Notes: a model not told the origin generated them from the letters alone. A stretch of 64,000 nucleotides of DNA from Bdellovibrionales bacterium (GCA_965197425.1 CBDANC010000015.1:128001-192000), one strand, 5' to 3'; shown: positions 1-9,926, counted from the stretch's first letter. Program-made: numbers and translations.

Positions 1-96
1 GTGTTTAAGAAAAACAGAAGAAAAAGATACAGAAGGCTAAATGGACATAGGCAGCAGTGTGTAGAGCTTGTCTGTGAAAAAATTGATTGTAAATAA
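1..96 (+). CDS. rplU: 50S ribosomal protein L21, C-terminal part (runs off window start)
   Basis: Frame 1 reads VFKKNRRKRYRRLNGHRQQCVELVCEKIDCK*, matching the L21 C-terminal K/R-rich GHRQ motif; lies immediately upstream of rpmA. Confidence 0.9.
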   Translation: MFKKNRRKRYRRLNGHRQQCVELVCEKIDCK

Positions 97-121
97 AATT
101 TAACACAGGTGGGGCACAACC

Positions 122-376
122 ATGGCATCGAAGAAATCTGGTGGAAGTAGTAAGAATGGAAGAGATTCCAAAAGCAAACGGCTGGGTGTGAAGATATTTG
201 GTGGTGAAGCAGTAAAACCTGGGACTATAATAGTTCGTCAAAGAGGAACCAAGTTTCATATAGGGAAAAATGTAAAAGCCGGTCGTGATCATACAATATT
301 TTCTAAAATTTCTGGTGTTGTAAAGTTTGAACAAGTCAGTAAATCCAAATACAAAATAAGTGTCTACGATCACTAA
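122..376 (+). CDS. rpmA: 50S ribosomal protein L27
   Basis: [24 protein letters not shown]...[11 protein letters not shown]...GRDHTIF L27 signature. Confidence 0.98.
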   Translation: MASKKSGGSSKNGRDSKSKRLGVKIFGGEAVKPGTIIVRQRGTKFHIGKNVKAGRDHTIFSKISGVVKFEQVSKSKYKISVYDH

Positions 377-387
377 AAGACACCCCT

Positions 388-1515
388 ATGCCAAACCTAT
401 TTATAGATAGAGCTAATATAGTTGTCAGATCTGGCAAGGGTGGTGCTGGCAAAGTTAGTTTCAGAAGAGAGAAGTATCGTCCAAAAGGAGGACCAGATGG
501 AGGAGATGGAGGAAATGGTGGTGGTATCATTTTTAAAGTAAATCACCAAATGCGATCCCTTATGGATATAACTCAAAAAAAATATTATACGGCAGAGGAT
601 GGCTTATGTGGTGGAGGTTCTAACAAGAAAGGTCGTAGTGGAAAGAGTCTAGCTATTGAAGTTCCCTCCGGTACGGTTATATGTTCTGAATCGGAAACTT
701 TGCACGACATGGAAGAAACTCCAGAAATTGTACTATTAAAAGGTGGTATGGGTGGAAAAGGTAATACATTTTTCAAAAGTAGTACAAATCAAACGCCTTA
801 TTTTGCACAACCAGGTGAACCAGGCCAAGAGATTGAAATTACACTGGAGCTAAAGCTATTAGCTGATGTTGGTATAATAGGGCTTCCCAATGTAGGTAAG
901 TCTCAACTGTTAGCTACAATATCAAATGCTAGGCCAAAAATAGCTAATTATCCATTTACTACCTTGGTGCCAAATTTAGGAGTAGTAAAAAGATTTAAAG
1001 ATAGGCCTTCTTTTACTGTCTCAGATATACCAGGTCTTATTAAAGGTGCTTCTAAGGGAGTAGGTCTTGGAATAAATTTTTTAAAGCATGTAGAGAGAAC
1101 AAAAATTCTGGTTCACATGCTAGATTGCAGTGCAACTTTGGATAAATTGATTAAAAACTACAACACAATAAACAACGAACTGAAGCTTTATGACTTACAC
1201 CAGTGGAGTATCCACAAAAATTCACTTGATCTATCCAAAAAACTACAAATAGTTGTGTTAAACAAAATTGATCTGGTGGATGATTCTCATTTAACAAAAT
1301 TAAAATCTAAATTCCCCCGAGCTATTTTAATATCTGCAGCCACAAATGAAGGTATAGACTCTTTACTACATCATATATTGGACACAATTCCATCACCAGT
1401 GGAGTATCCACTACCGGTTGAGTATCCACTACCGGTGGAGTATCCACTACCGGTGGAGTATCCACCTGCAACTATGTCTTACATGGAACCTGACACAGAG
1501 CAGATCGACTTGTAA
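388..1515 (+). CDS. obgE: GTPase Obg/CgtA
   Basis: Gly-rich Obg fold (GGPDGGDGGNGG), G1 GLPNVGKS, YPFTT, DIPG, NKID; rplU-rpmA-obg synteny. Confidence 0.97.
   Translation: MPNLFIDRANIVVRSGKGGAGKVSFRREKYRPKGGPDGGDGGNGGGIIFKVNHQMRSLMDITQKKYYTAEDGLCGGGSNKKGRSGKSLAIEVPSGTVICSESETLHDMEETPEIVLLKGGMGGKGNTFFKSSTNQTPYFAQPGEPGQEIEITLELKLLADVGIIGLPNVGKSQLLATISNARPKIANYPFTTLVPNLGVVKRFKDRPSFTVSDIPGLIKGASKGVGLGINFLKHVERTKILVHMLDCSATLDKLIKNYNTINNELKLYDLHQWSIHKNSLDLSKKLQIVVLNKIDLVDDSHLTKLKSKFPRAILISAATNEGIDSLLHHILDTIPSPVEYPLPVEYPLPVEYPLPVEYPPATMSYMEPDTEQIDL
1396..1467 (+). repeat. 4 x 18-bp tandem repeat (CCRGTKGAGTATCCACYW) encoding PVEYPL in the Obg C-terminal tail
   Basis: Read directly: ccagtggagtatccacta ccggttgagtatccacta ccggtggagtatccacta ccggtggagtatccacct. 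Confidence 0.95.
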
Positions 1516-1538
1516 TCTAGAATTTTTATTTGAGGTAA

Positions 1539-2117
1539 TTGGTGCAAAGTAAAAAAATAGGAATGTTTGGAGGTAGTTTCAATCCATTTCACAATGGTCA
1601 TATTAACTGTATAGTAGAAGCTAAAAAAGCTCTAGGTTTAGATACAGTTATGGTAATTCCTGCCTATAAAAATCCTCTAAAACCTATGATACAATCTCCT
1701 ACACCACAACAACGCCTACATATGTCTACACTTTCATGCAAAGACTATGACTTCATATATGTGGATGACAGAGACATAAAGAGAAAAGGGGATAGTTTTA
1801 CAATAGTATCTGTAAAAGAGCTTGAGAAAATGTATAGTGATATATATCTAATTATGGGAGCAGATCTATTCGGGTTTTTTTATGACTATGCTGGTTATGA
1901 TGAGATAGCAAAGAGAGTTAAAGTGGTGGTAGCTTCAAGACTTGGTTATGAGATAAAAAAAGGTCGTGACATAATTCATATTAAATTAAATGACATAGAC
2001 ATATCAGCTTCTAGACTTAGGAAGTGGATCAAACAAAACAATAACAGGGTATACGATTACATGAACAAGAATGTGGTGGAGTTTATAAAAGAAAACAAAC
2101 TCTATCTCGACTATTAG
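1539..2117 (+). CDS. nadD: Nicotinate-nucleotide adenylyltransferase
   Basis: IGMFGGSFNPFHNGH (HxGH motif), LIMGAD, ISAS motif; follows obg. Confidence 0.93.
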   Translation: MVQSKKIGMFGGSFNPFHNGHINCIVEAKKALGLDTVMVIPAYKNPLKPMIQSPTPQQRLHMSTLSCKDYDFIYVDDRDIKRKGDSFTIVSVKELEKMYSDIYLIMGADLFGFFYDYAGYDEIAKRVKVVVASRLGYEIKKGRDIIHIKLNDIDISASRLRKWIKQNNNRVYDYMNKNVVEFIKENKLYLDY

Positions 2118-2122
2118 CAGGC

Positions 2123-2656
2123 TTATTCTATTAAAAGATCGCTTATCATATCGACGTATCTAGAGTGACTCCAATCATTAGCTCCATCGGAAGACAAAAC
2201 TTTTTTATTATATTTATCTAAAACGAAATTTGCTGGAAGGGCAGAAACACCAAAATATTCCGATGTTTTATTATTATAATCCATGTAGTAATCAAATGGC
2301 ATCTGCATACTGATCCAAATATTATCAACTTCACCTTTAGATATGTTTTCACCTACATTTACAGCTACTACTTTAAATCCTTTATTTTTTAATTTTTCAT
2401 ATAGCTTTGCAATTGTTGGAAGTTCTACCTTGCATGCTCCACACCATGTGGCCCAGAAAGCAACCAAGGTTACAACACCTTGAACTTCTGATAATTCTAT
2501 TACCTGTCCGCTCCTGTCTGTAAGAAGTGCCCTTTGTTCTCCACCAAGTTTTGCCCAATCTTCGTTACCTTTAGTTTGAGAGTAAAGCAAAGCTAATATA
2601 CTTCCGATCACTAAAAGTGTAACCAATATTGTTATAGGTTTTAAAAATGATTTCAC
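2123..2656 (-). CDS. TlpA/ResA-family thiol:disulfide oxidoreductase, membrane anchored
   Basis: FWATWCGACKVELP thioredoxin-like CxxC and an N-terminal hydrophobic helix; start placed at GTG 2656 (ORF track extends to 2695). Confidence 0.88.
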   Translation of the reverse strand: MKSFLKPITILVTLLVIGSILALLYSQTKGNEDWAKLGGEQRALLTDRSGQVIELSEVQGVVTLVAFWATWCGACKVELPTIAKLYEKLKNKGFKVVAVNVGENISKGEVDNIWISMQMPFDYYMDYNNKTSEYFGVSALPANFVLDKYNKKVLSSDGANDWSHSRYVDMISDLLIE

Positions 2657-2877
2657 CAGGTAAAAATAAAGCTCTAAACAGACATAGTCAACCAAGGCTT
2701 ATATCAAATCAGAAGGGGCAGATAGTTTTAGAGTATGTGCTTATATTAGTTGTAACTGTGGCATTAGCCTCTACCATTGTAAGTACAATGGTGAAGAGAT
2801 CGGATAATGAAGATGAGCGTGGGTTTATCATAAACTCATGGAGCCAGTTAATAGATGTAATAGCCTCAGATGTCTAA
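2647..2877 (+). CDS. Small prepilin-like protein (class III signal peptide, Flp/Tad-like)
   Basis: NQKG|QIVLEYVLILVVTVALA: G|xxxxEY cleavage motif followed by a hydrophobic helix; overlaps the glpK start. Confidence 0.72.
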   Translation: MISPGKNKALNRHSQPRLISNQKGQIVLEYVLILVVTVALASTIVSTMVKRSDNEDERGFIINSWSQLIDVIASDV

Positions 2878-4333
2878 AACTGAATGTATTTTAGCAATAG
2901 ATCAAGGTACCACTGGTACAACAGCTTGTCTTGTTAGTAAATCTGGTTTTATATTGGCTAAGCACAATGTAGAATTTAGACAAATTTATCCGCAACCAGG
3001 TTGGGTAGAACACAATCCACAAGATATCTGGAAAAGTACAAAACAAGCTGTCCAGAAGGTGTTAGAAAAATCCAGAACCAAGAAAATTCACTCTATTGGT
3101 ATTACCAACCAAAGAGAAACCATTTTGATATGGAATAAAAAGACAGGCAAAGTTTTACATAATGCAATTGTTTGGCAATGTAGAAGAACAAAAGATTTTT
3201 GTGATAAATTAAGAAAAACAAGTAAAAGCAAAATAAAATCAAAAACAGGTCTTGTTATAGATCCATACTTTAGTGCTTCAAAGGCCAGATGGTTACTTAA
3301 TAGATACAAAAATAAAGATACAATTGTTGGTACTATTGATACCTTTTTGTTATGGAAATTAACAGGAGGCATGGCTCATAAAACTGATGTTACTAATGCA
3401 TCTAGAACACAGCTTTTTAACATCAAAACTCTTAGTTGGGACGAAGAGCTTTTAAAAATCTTTAAAGTTCCAAAACATACACTGGCTTCTGTTATGCCTT
3501 CAGGTAGTATTTTTGGTACCACAAAAGACCTAGACTTTCTTCCTAATGGAATTCCTATATCTGGCATGATTGGGGATCAACAGGCTGCTTTATTTGGAGG
3601 GGGTAGTTTTAATCCGGGGAACACCAAATGCACTTTAGGAACCGGCAGCTTCATGTTGATGAACATAGGTGATAAACCAAAGAACGCAAGGCATTGCTTA
3701 ACCACGATAGCTTGGCAACTAAAACAAGATAAACCGGCAGTGTATGCTTTAGAAGGTTCTGTCTTTATATGTGCTGCTGCTGTTTCGTGGTTAAGAGATG
3801 GGCTAAAAATTATAAAAGATGCCAAGGAAATTGAATCACTGGCAAAAAAAGAATCAGATAGTGGAGGTGTAGAATTCGTTCCAGCTTTAACAGGGCTAGG
3901 ATCGCCCCATTGGGATGCAGGTGCTAGGGGTTTGATTTGTGGATTAACAAGAGGAACAAATAGATCACATATAGCTAGAGCTACACTAGAGGCAATGGCA
4001 CTGCAAAACTGCGAAGTTCTATTTGAAATGGAAAAAATTAAAAAAATTAAGAAAATAAAAATTGATGGGGGAGCTGCTAAAAATAATCTGCTTTTACAAT
4101 ACCACAGCGACTACCTGGGGGTGGAAGTTACAAAACCAAAAATAGTTGAAACAACAGCAATGGGAGCTGCATTTATGGCAGGTCTTACCACTGGCTTTTG
4201 GAAAAACTTAAACGAAATAGAAAACATACTCAAAGTGGATAAAGTATTTAAATGTAAGATGACCAAACAGAAAAGAAATATGAGACTTGCTTCTTGGCAA
4301 AAAGCTATCAAAAAAACCAAAGACAAATCATAA
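2870..4333 (+). CDS. glpK: Glycerol kinase
   Basis: AIDQGTT, PQPGWVEH, GITNQRET, AIVWQCRRT, TDVTNASRT, GDQQAALFG, YALEGS motifs. Confidence 0.96.
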   Translation: MSKTECILAIDQGTTGTTACLVSKSGFILAKHNVEFRQIYPQPGWVEHNPQDIWKSTKQAVQKVLEKSRTKKIHSIGITNQRETILIWNKKTGKVLHNAIVWQCRRTKDFCDKLRKTSKSKIKSKTGLVIDPYFSASKARWLLNRYKNKDTIVGTIDTFLLWKLTGGMAHKTDVTNASRTQLFNIKTLSWDEELLKIFKVPKHTLASVMPSGSIFGTTKDLDFLPNGIPISGMIGDQQAALFGGGSFNPGNTKCTLGTGSFMLMNIGDKPKNARHCLTTIAWQLKQDKPAVYALEGSVFICAAAVSWLRDGLKIIKDAKEIESLAKKESDSGGVEFVPALTGLGSPHWDAGARGLICGLTRGTNRSHIARATLEAMALQNCEVLFEMEKIKKIKKIKIDGGAAKNNLLLQYHSDYLGVEVTKPKIVETTAMGAAFMAGLTTGFWKNLNEIENILKVDKVFKCKMTKQKRNMRLASWQKAIKKTKDKS

Positions 4334-4476
4334 AAAATCAAATTAACACACATAAAAAATTGTTACTTGTTAAATAACCCTCTAAATGCCCAAAGTTTGA
4401 GCTTCCGTGTAATAAATAGCTTGAAAAGCTTTAAGACTTAGGACTATATCTTGTTGGTGTTTATTATTTGTAAGAT

Positions 4477-5106
4477 ATGAAGCGGATTTTATTTACATTT
4501 TGTTTGTGTGGTATTCTCTCCACCGGTGTGATTGCAAGCGATGAGTTGGATTTCGGAAAGAAGGCTGCTGATGAGTATGTTCTGAATAGGACAAATAGGC
4601 TGACCTACCCTGGAGAAGCTCGCTTTATTGGTATACTAGGTGGCCACACCTTTAAATCCTCTGCCTACAACTGGGGTGATATGCAGTGTAGCGACAAATG
4701 TCAGGATATTGGTGGATACCAGGTAGGGTTGGTTTATGGCACCAGGATGAATTGGAAGTCTGTGGATTTGTTGTGGAGGGCCGTGGTCAATTTTTTCAAT
4801 CTAAAAGATGAGTATAAACCCATATCATTTTCCATTAAACCCAATTTAGTGTTTCCTGAAATTAAATCCAAAGTACCTATATATGTTGGTATTGGGGCGG
4901 GGTTAGGTATGTTTACTAGGCAAGCTTCTAAAACCTCGGCACTATCTGTTGATATAGATATGTTTACAGGATTTAGGGCAATGAATGTGTTAAGTTCCCT
5001 TGGTTTCTTTGCTGAGGTAGGTTGGCAAACCAAAATATTTTTGTTGTCTACAAGAGGGAGATTTATATCTGGCTATGTGGCTGTTGGTACTGGATTAAAT
5101 TTCTAA
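4477..5106 (+). CDS. Secreted protein, probable small outer-membrane beta-barrel
   Basis: Signal peptide, alternating hydrophobic strands (PIYVGIGAGLG, LGFFAEVGW), C-terminal Phe. Confidence 0.6.
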   Translation: MKRILFTFCLCGILSTGVIASDELDFGKKAADEYVLNRTNRLTYPGEARFIGILGGHTFKSSAYNWGDMQCSDKCQDIGGYQVGLVYGTRMNWKSVDLLWRAVVNFFNLKDEYKPISFSIKPNLVFPEIKSKVPIYVGIGAGLGMFTRQASKTSALSVDIDMFTGFRAMNVLSSLGFFAEVGWQTKIFLLSTRGRFISGYVAVGTGLNF

Positions 5107-5111
5107 TATCT

Positions 5112-6146
5112 CTACCGTGCTGATTGGCAGTCGTAGACTGTACAACGGCTGTATTCGTCGCTACAACTTGCACTAACATCAACTTCTCTAATCCTACTTC
5201 CACAGGCCAAATAAATGTCACTGTTCAGTGGAGTATAACAGCTTTGTGATAGTACATAACAAGTTTCTCCACCCCCAGGATTTTGAGTGGTAGTAGTTCC
5301 ACACCAAGAAGAATCTGTACTTAGTTTAAAGCCTGTACTATCTATTTTATAATAGACAGTATAATTACTTTCTACATTTGAGGCCTTGACATTGAATTGA
5401 ACCGTTTTACATCTGTTATTAGTAGGCGTATTTGGCACATTAACATTAAGCACTGAGTTTTGTGTATTACAATGAATTTTTTCGAGGGTTTGTGTGTTGC
5501 TCCCTGATGTAGCTCTTATAATACAACTAGAACTAAATGGGTTGTTTAATCTGACAGATATTACATAAGCAGCTTCACCTGTATGACAATTGGCAACGGT
5601 GGGTACTGTATCTGGAACAAAAGCGTTTATTCCTGCTACAGGGCATCGATACCCAAGATCTGCTTCGATACTAGAAACGAGTGTTATATTTTTTTGATAA
5701 GAGAAACGATCATCTCCAAGATCTTCAATTGCTACTACTGTATATTTTCCAAGCTTTCTTGAATCAAAAGAGTGTGTAAGTTCACCTCCACTAACAGGCT
5801 CTCTAAGTACATTTGTTACTACTCCCTTTGAATCGATATAATCAATATACCACTCCAAATTGTCCGATGCTTGTGGATCAGAAACCGTGAAAACTACGTT
5901 AGAGGGTTTTAATATGTCATCATGATATGTTTTGTTTCCTACCCTCATCTCTATGTCATCGCTGAAATTTCCACCATGGCTAGATGAGCCAGATGAGCCA
6001 GATCTATGTATGGCACAGTTTTGAAATATTGCCATTGCTCCTAGACCCATGAAAAGCGATGCAATGGCTATGTACAGATAGTGCTTAGTTTCACCGCGAA
6101 CTTTCATGAGAGGTAGTTCGGAATTTAATGAACCAAACTTAATCAA
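5112..6146 (-). CDS. Hypothetical Cys-containing lipoprotein-like protein (FQNC motif)
   Basis: Hydrophobic stretch ending AIFQNC, Ser/Gly linker, beta-rich body, Cys-rich C-terminus; true start probably downstream of 6146 (MKVRG). Confidence 0.6.
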   Translation of the reverse strand: MIKFGSLNSELPLMKVRGETKHYLYIAIASLFMGLGAMAIFQNCAIHRSGSSGSSSHGGNFSDDIEMRVGNKTYHDDILKPSNVVFTVSDPQASDNLEWYIDYIDSKGVVTNVLREPVSGGELTHSFDSRKLGKYTVVAIEDLGDDRFSYQKNITLVSSIEADLGYRCPVAGINAFVPDTVPTVANCHTGEAAYVISVRLNNPFSSSCIIRATSGSNTQTLEKIHCNTQNSVLNVNVPNTPTNNRCKTVQFNVKASNVESNYTVYYKIDSTGFKLSTDSSWCGTTTTQNPGGGETCYVLSQSCYTPLNSDIYLACGSRIREVDVSASCSDEYSRCTVYDCQSAR

Positions 6147-6239
6147 TTAGCTATGATTCGAAGTGCGTACCATATGGTAAATCAGAGAATTTCTATTTTT
6201 GTTCTTGCAAGGTATGTGGTTTCCAATCATATATTACCT

Positions 6240-6470
6240 ATGGCAGATAAATCTTCAAAATTTGAAGAAAATGTGAAGGGCTCATTTTATGTGGATAACA
6301 CTTGCATTGCTTGTGATGCATGTAGTGTTGCTGCCCCTAATAACTTTAAGCTGTTAGAAGATGAGTATGCATTTGTATTTAAACAACCCGATTCTGAAGA
6401 AGAAAAAGAACAGTGTTTAGAAGCAATGGAGAGTTGTCCGGTAGAGGCTATAGGAAATGATGGAGATTAA
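6240..6470 (+). CDS. Ferredoxin (single-cluster type)
   Basis: FYVDNTCIACDACSVAAP...CPVEAI; start set at ATG 6240 (MADKSSK). Confidence 0.9.
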   Translation: MADKSSKFEENVKGSFYVDNTCIACDACSVAAPNNFKLLEDEYAFVFKQPDSEEEKEQCLEAMESCPVEAIGNDGD

Positions 6471-7074
6471 GCCTCTATTGAGGTTACTGAAGAAAAATTA
6501 CGAGGAAACTGAGTGCGCTCTAGAGCACAAAAATCCCTGGCAACTTTTGATAGCTACAATGTTATCTGCGCAATGTACAGATGAAAGAGTTAATATGGTA
6601 ACTCCAGTATTATTTAAAAAGTTTACAAATGAAAAACAGTTGGCAAAGGCGAATGTTAAGGAAGTAGAAAAACTTGTCTATTCAACTGGATTTTATAAAA
6701 ATAAAGCACGAAATATAATAAAAGCCTCTCAGGCTCTATCTAGCTTTGAGAAATTCCCAGATACCATGGAAATTTTAGGCTCACTTCCAGGTGTTGGTAG
6801 AAAAACTGCAAATGTGGTTTTGGCAAATGCATTTGGAAAACCTGCGGTTGTGGTCGATACCCATGTCACAAGGCTGGTTAACAGATTTGGGCTTGCCAAA
6901 GGAAAAAATGCTACAATCTTGGAAAGAAAGCTTAATGATATTTTAGATAAAAAAGATTGGATTATGTTTTCTCACTATCTAATTGCGCATGGCAGAGCAG
7001 TTTGTAAAGCTAGAAAACCTAACTGCTCTAAATGCTTCTTATACGATCTTTGTCCTAGAGTTGGTGTTCAATAA
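6457..7074 (+). CDS. nth: Endonuclease III
   Basis: LSAQCTD, HhH LPGVGRKTANVV, VDTHV, C-terminal CKARKPNCSKCFLYDLC FeS motif. Confidence 0.96.
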   Translation: MMEIKPLLRLLKKNYEETECALEHKNPWQLLIATMLSAQCTDERVNMVTPVLFKKFTNEKQLAKANVKEVEKLVYSTGFYKNKARNIIKASQALSSFEKFPDTMEILGSLPGVGRKTANVVLANAFGKPAVVVDTHVTRLVNRFGLAKGKNATILERKLNDILDKKDWIMFSHYLIAHGRAVCKARKPNCSKCFLYDLCPRVGVQ

Positions 7075-7117
7075 TAGTTTGACATAATAAGGCTTGGGTG
7101 GAACACTTTTTTCGACA

Positions 7118-7600
7118 ATGTTTATATCATTTTTTGAAAGCTTTAAACACGTAGGTCATTTAATTCCAGTAGCAGGGCTTAGGATATACTTGGGTGTTTA
7201 CTATATCTGCGAATGTTACTCTAGATATAACAATGATTTCTTGTCTGCCAATATTATACCTAGTTTAATCAAAGATAATTTATCTGAACAATTAAATATA
7301 GGTGGATATCAGAACTTTATAAGTGGCTACATATTAGATCACTGGAAGTTTGTAGCTTACTTTGTATTGATTTGTGTACTGTTGATTGGCGTATCTTTTA
7401 TATTTGGTTTTATGGTAAAAGTATTTTCTTTAATAGCAGTTTTTTTAAGTTTACATATTCTGATGTTTGGTAATAGTAGTGATTTTTTAATACATCAAAT
7501 TCTCATTGGTGTTAATCTTACTTTTTTCTTGATTGGTGCTGGTAGGTGCATAGGAATAGACTATTTCTTTTATAAGAAAACCAGAGGCTTATTTTGGTAA
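7118..7600 (+). CDS. DoxX/DoxD-family membrane protein
   Basis: LRIYLG, several TM helices, GAGRCIGID C-terminal motif. Confidence 0.75.
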   Translation: MFISFFESFKHVGHLIPVAGLRIYLGVYYICECYSRYNNDFLSANIIPSLIKDNLSEQLNIGGYQNFISGYILDHWKFVAYFVLICVLLIGVSFIFGFMVKVFSLIAVFLSLHILMFGNSSDFLIHQILIGVNLTFFLIGAGRCIGIDYFFYKKTRGLFW

Positions 7601-8565
7601 AAATTATTTTGATAGTCCTGGCTTTAATTTATCCTATTTGGAAAATTTTAGACAGAACTCCGGACTGTTATCTTAGTATTTATACATACTCTTCATTTAC
7701 TAGCAGTTGGGGTGCTGGGCCTGCCTTAAACAAAATGTTTATAGACAAGCACAGTTGTGAGTTGAGGTTTGAGGATGTTGGAGATTCCAGAACTATTTTA
7801 CAACGCTTAAAAAGAGAAATAGAAGTGAAACAAAAATCAGATGTAGATGTGGTTCTTGGGTTGGATCAGTATTCAATAGATGAAGCTAAAAATACAACAA
7901 AATGGGTTAATATAGAGAATTTGAAACCAGATTTTTACGATTGGAGTACCCACAAATACTTTAAGGAGGAACAGTTTTTTATACCATTTGATTGGGCTCC
8001 TTTGGTATTTATCACAAATCTGGAAGATAAGATTAGTTCCGTAGATGAAATATTGAATCACAAATACTCTCTTATGGAACCTAGAAGTAGCTCTCCGGGA
8101 TTTCAGTTTTTAGTCTGGATCTTAAATGGTATGGGAAAAGATGTTTTAACCAAATTCAAAAACAACGCACACACTATTTCTCCGTCTTGGAGCACTGCTT
8201 ATGGTCTTTTTACAAAAAATGAAACCAATGTCATATTTACTTATCTTACCTCATTGGCGTATCACATGGAAAAAAACGAAACAAACTATAAGATGGTTGA
8301 AATAAATAAACCCTATCCATATCAGGTAGAATTTTTGGGTATTTCGAATGACAGCACAAAAAAGAATTTAGGTAAATTGTTTATAGAATTCATTTTGTCC
8401 AATGAGGCACAGCTTGCAGTTATGAAGCACAACTATATGTTGCCAGTTGCGGCCTCAGTGGTTAAAGGTACTGTTTTTGAGAATCTGCCAGATGTCAAGT
8501 TGGTAAAAGAGAACAGGGAACAAAAAAAAGCACAATACTATATAGATATTTGGAAAGACATATGA
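7594..8565 (+). CDS. thiB: Thiamine ABC transporter substrate-binding protein
   Basis: YTYSSFTSSWGAGP, DVVLGLD, PFDW, PRSSSPG, WSTAYGLF, YLTSLAYH, QVEF motifs typical of TbpA/ThiB. Confidence 0.88.
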   Translation: MVKIILIVLALIYPIWKILDRTPDCYLSIYTYSSFTSSWGAGPALNKMFIDKHSCELRFEDVGDSRTILQRLKREIEVKQKSDVDVVLGLDQYSIDEAKNTTKWVNIENLKPDFYDWSTHKYFKEEQFFIPFDWAPLVFITNLEDKISSVDEILNHKYSLMEPRSSSPGFQFLVWILNGMGKDVLTKFKNNAHTISPSWSTAYGLFTKNETNVIFTYLTSLAYHMEKNETNYKMVEINKPYPYQVEFLGISNDSTKKNLGKLFIEFILSNEAQLAVMKHNYMLPVAASVVKGTVFENLPDVKLVKENREQKKAQYYIDIWKDI

Positions 8566-9926
8566 AGCATTTTGCTTTGTTAGGCCTGTTTTTATTTTTA
8601 TTTTTACCTTATGTTTTTTTATTTTCATTAGACAACTTTTCTTTTGTTAGTTTAGATTTTACAGTCATCTATCACACATTCATTCAGGCATTTATTAGTG
8701 CACTGCTATCTATATTGTTAGGTCTTATAGGTGCTTGCGGTTTACTCAACTTAAAGAGATTAGAGTTCATATGCCTTCTGCCATCTATATTACCTTCATT
8801 GTTTGTGATAATTGCATTGTTGAATATAAAAATGCCCTACGGCTTTGTTGGGATAGTGGTTGCACATACTGTGATAAATGTTGGGCTGGTTTCTTTTATA
8901 TTAGCTCAAGCTATAAAAGGTTCTTGTGGTAGAGAAATTTTTTTAGCAAGGTTATGTGGTATATCTAGAATTAAGGTTTTTTTTAAAATTGTGCTAGTAA
9001 AAATTAAAACTCAGACTCTATATGCATTTTTAACTGTTTTTGCTTTTTGTCTCTCTAGTTTTTCTATACCTCTTATTCTAGGAGGGGGAAAATTCCAAGT
9101 ACTGGAGCTTTTAATATATGAACTTGTCAGATTTGACAACAACCTATCTGGAGCTGCGCTGGTTTCTGTTTATCAGATTGTGGTTATGTTGTTATTGGTT
9201 ACTATAATTTCAAAATTAAATGTAGAAAAAAACAAAACAGTTAAGTGGGATTATATTAGTTTTAAACCATTTGTTTTAATTCCCGTTTCAATATTAATTT
9301 TGTTGTTTGGTTCTGTGATATTTAACCTCATAGGTATTTTACAAATAAAAGATGTTTTAAATTTGAGTTTAGTTCAAAGTTTTATTGGCACACTTTCATT
9401 AAGTGCGTTCACTGGTTTGTTGGTTATGTTAGTGTTAGCTGTTATGTTATTTGTAGGTGAAAGCAAATTTTTAGATAGAGTTTATTTATCATTTATAGCA
9501 CCTAGTACTGCTGTTATAGGAGTATCGATGATTGTGTTGTCTTATTGGCTTGGTGTTGGTTTGACTCCTGTTGCTATGTGTTTGTTATTCATTGGTGTGT
9601 TGTATAGACTTGGTTGGTCTGATGAAATAAAAAAATACAAAAAACAGAAATTTTTGGCCAGAGTTTATGGACACAATGATTTTTCCATATTTAAAAATAT
9701 ATCTTGGCCACTTTCAAAAAAATTAGCAGGCAAACTCTCAGGTTTGGCTGCATTTTGGGCAGCAGGAGATTTTGCAGTATGTACAATTTTAAATGAAAAA
9801 ACGCTTGGTTTGGTAGCAAAAAACTTCCTGTCTAGTTACAGGGTGGATGGTGTAAGTTGGATTTTTCTATTAATGACTTTTGTTGGTGCTATGATGTATT
9901 TTATGTTCAGATATGTCACTGATTAA
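8562..9926 (+). CDS. thiP: Thiamine ABC transporter permease
   Basis: Two-domain multi-TM permease (SFSIPLILGG, LELLIYE, GDFA); ATGA overlap with the thiB stop. Confidence 0.78.
   Translation: MKHFALLGLFLFLFLPYVFLFSLDNFSFVSLDFTVIYHTFIQAFISALLSILLGLIGACGLLNLKRLEFICLLPSILPSLFVIIALLNIKMPYGFVGIVVAHTVINVGLVSFILAQAIKGSCGREIFLARLCGISRIKVFFKIVLVKIKTQTLYAFLTVFAFCLSSFSIPLILGGGKFQVLELLIYELVRFDNNLSGAALVSVYQIVVMLLLVTIISKLNVEKNKTVKWDYISFKPFVLIPVSILILLFGSVIFNLIGILQIKDVLNLSLVQSFIGTLSLSAFTGLLVMLVLAVMLFVGESKFLDRVYLSFIAPSTAVIGVSMIVLSYWLGVGLTPVAMCLLFIGVLYRLGWSDEIKKYKKQKFLARVYGHNDFSIFKNISWPLSKKLAGKLSGLAAFWAAGDFAVCTILNEKTLGLVAKNFLSSYRVDGVSWIFLLMTFVGAMMYFMFRYVTD

Noticed and set aside
7075..7600. TPP riboswitch ahead of thiBPQ
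   Set aside because: No intergenic space and no recognisable TPP aptamer motifs; thiB overlaps the upstream doxX gene.
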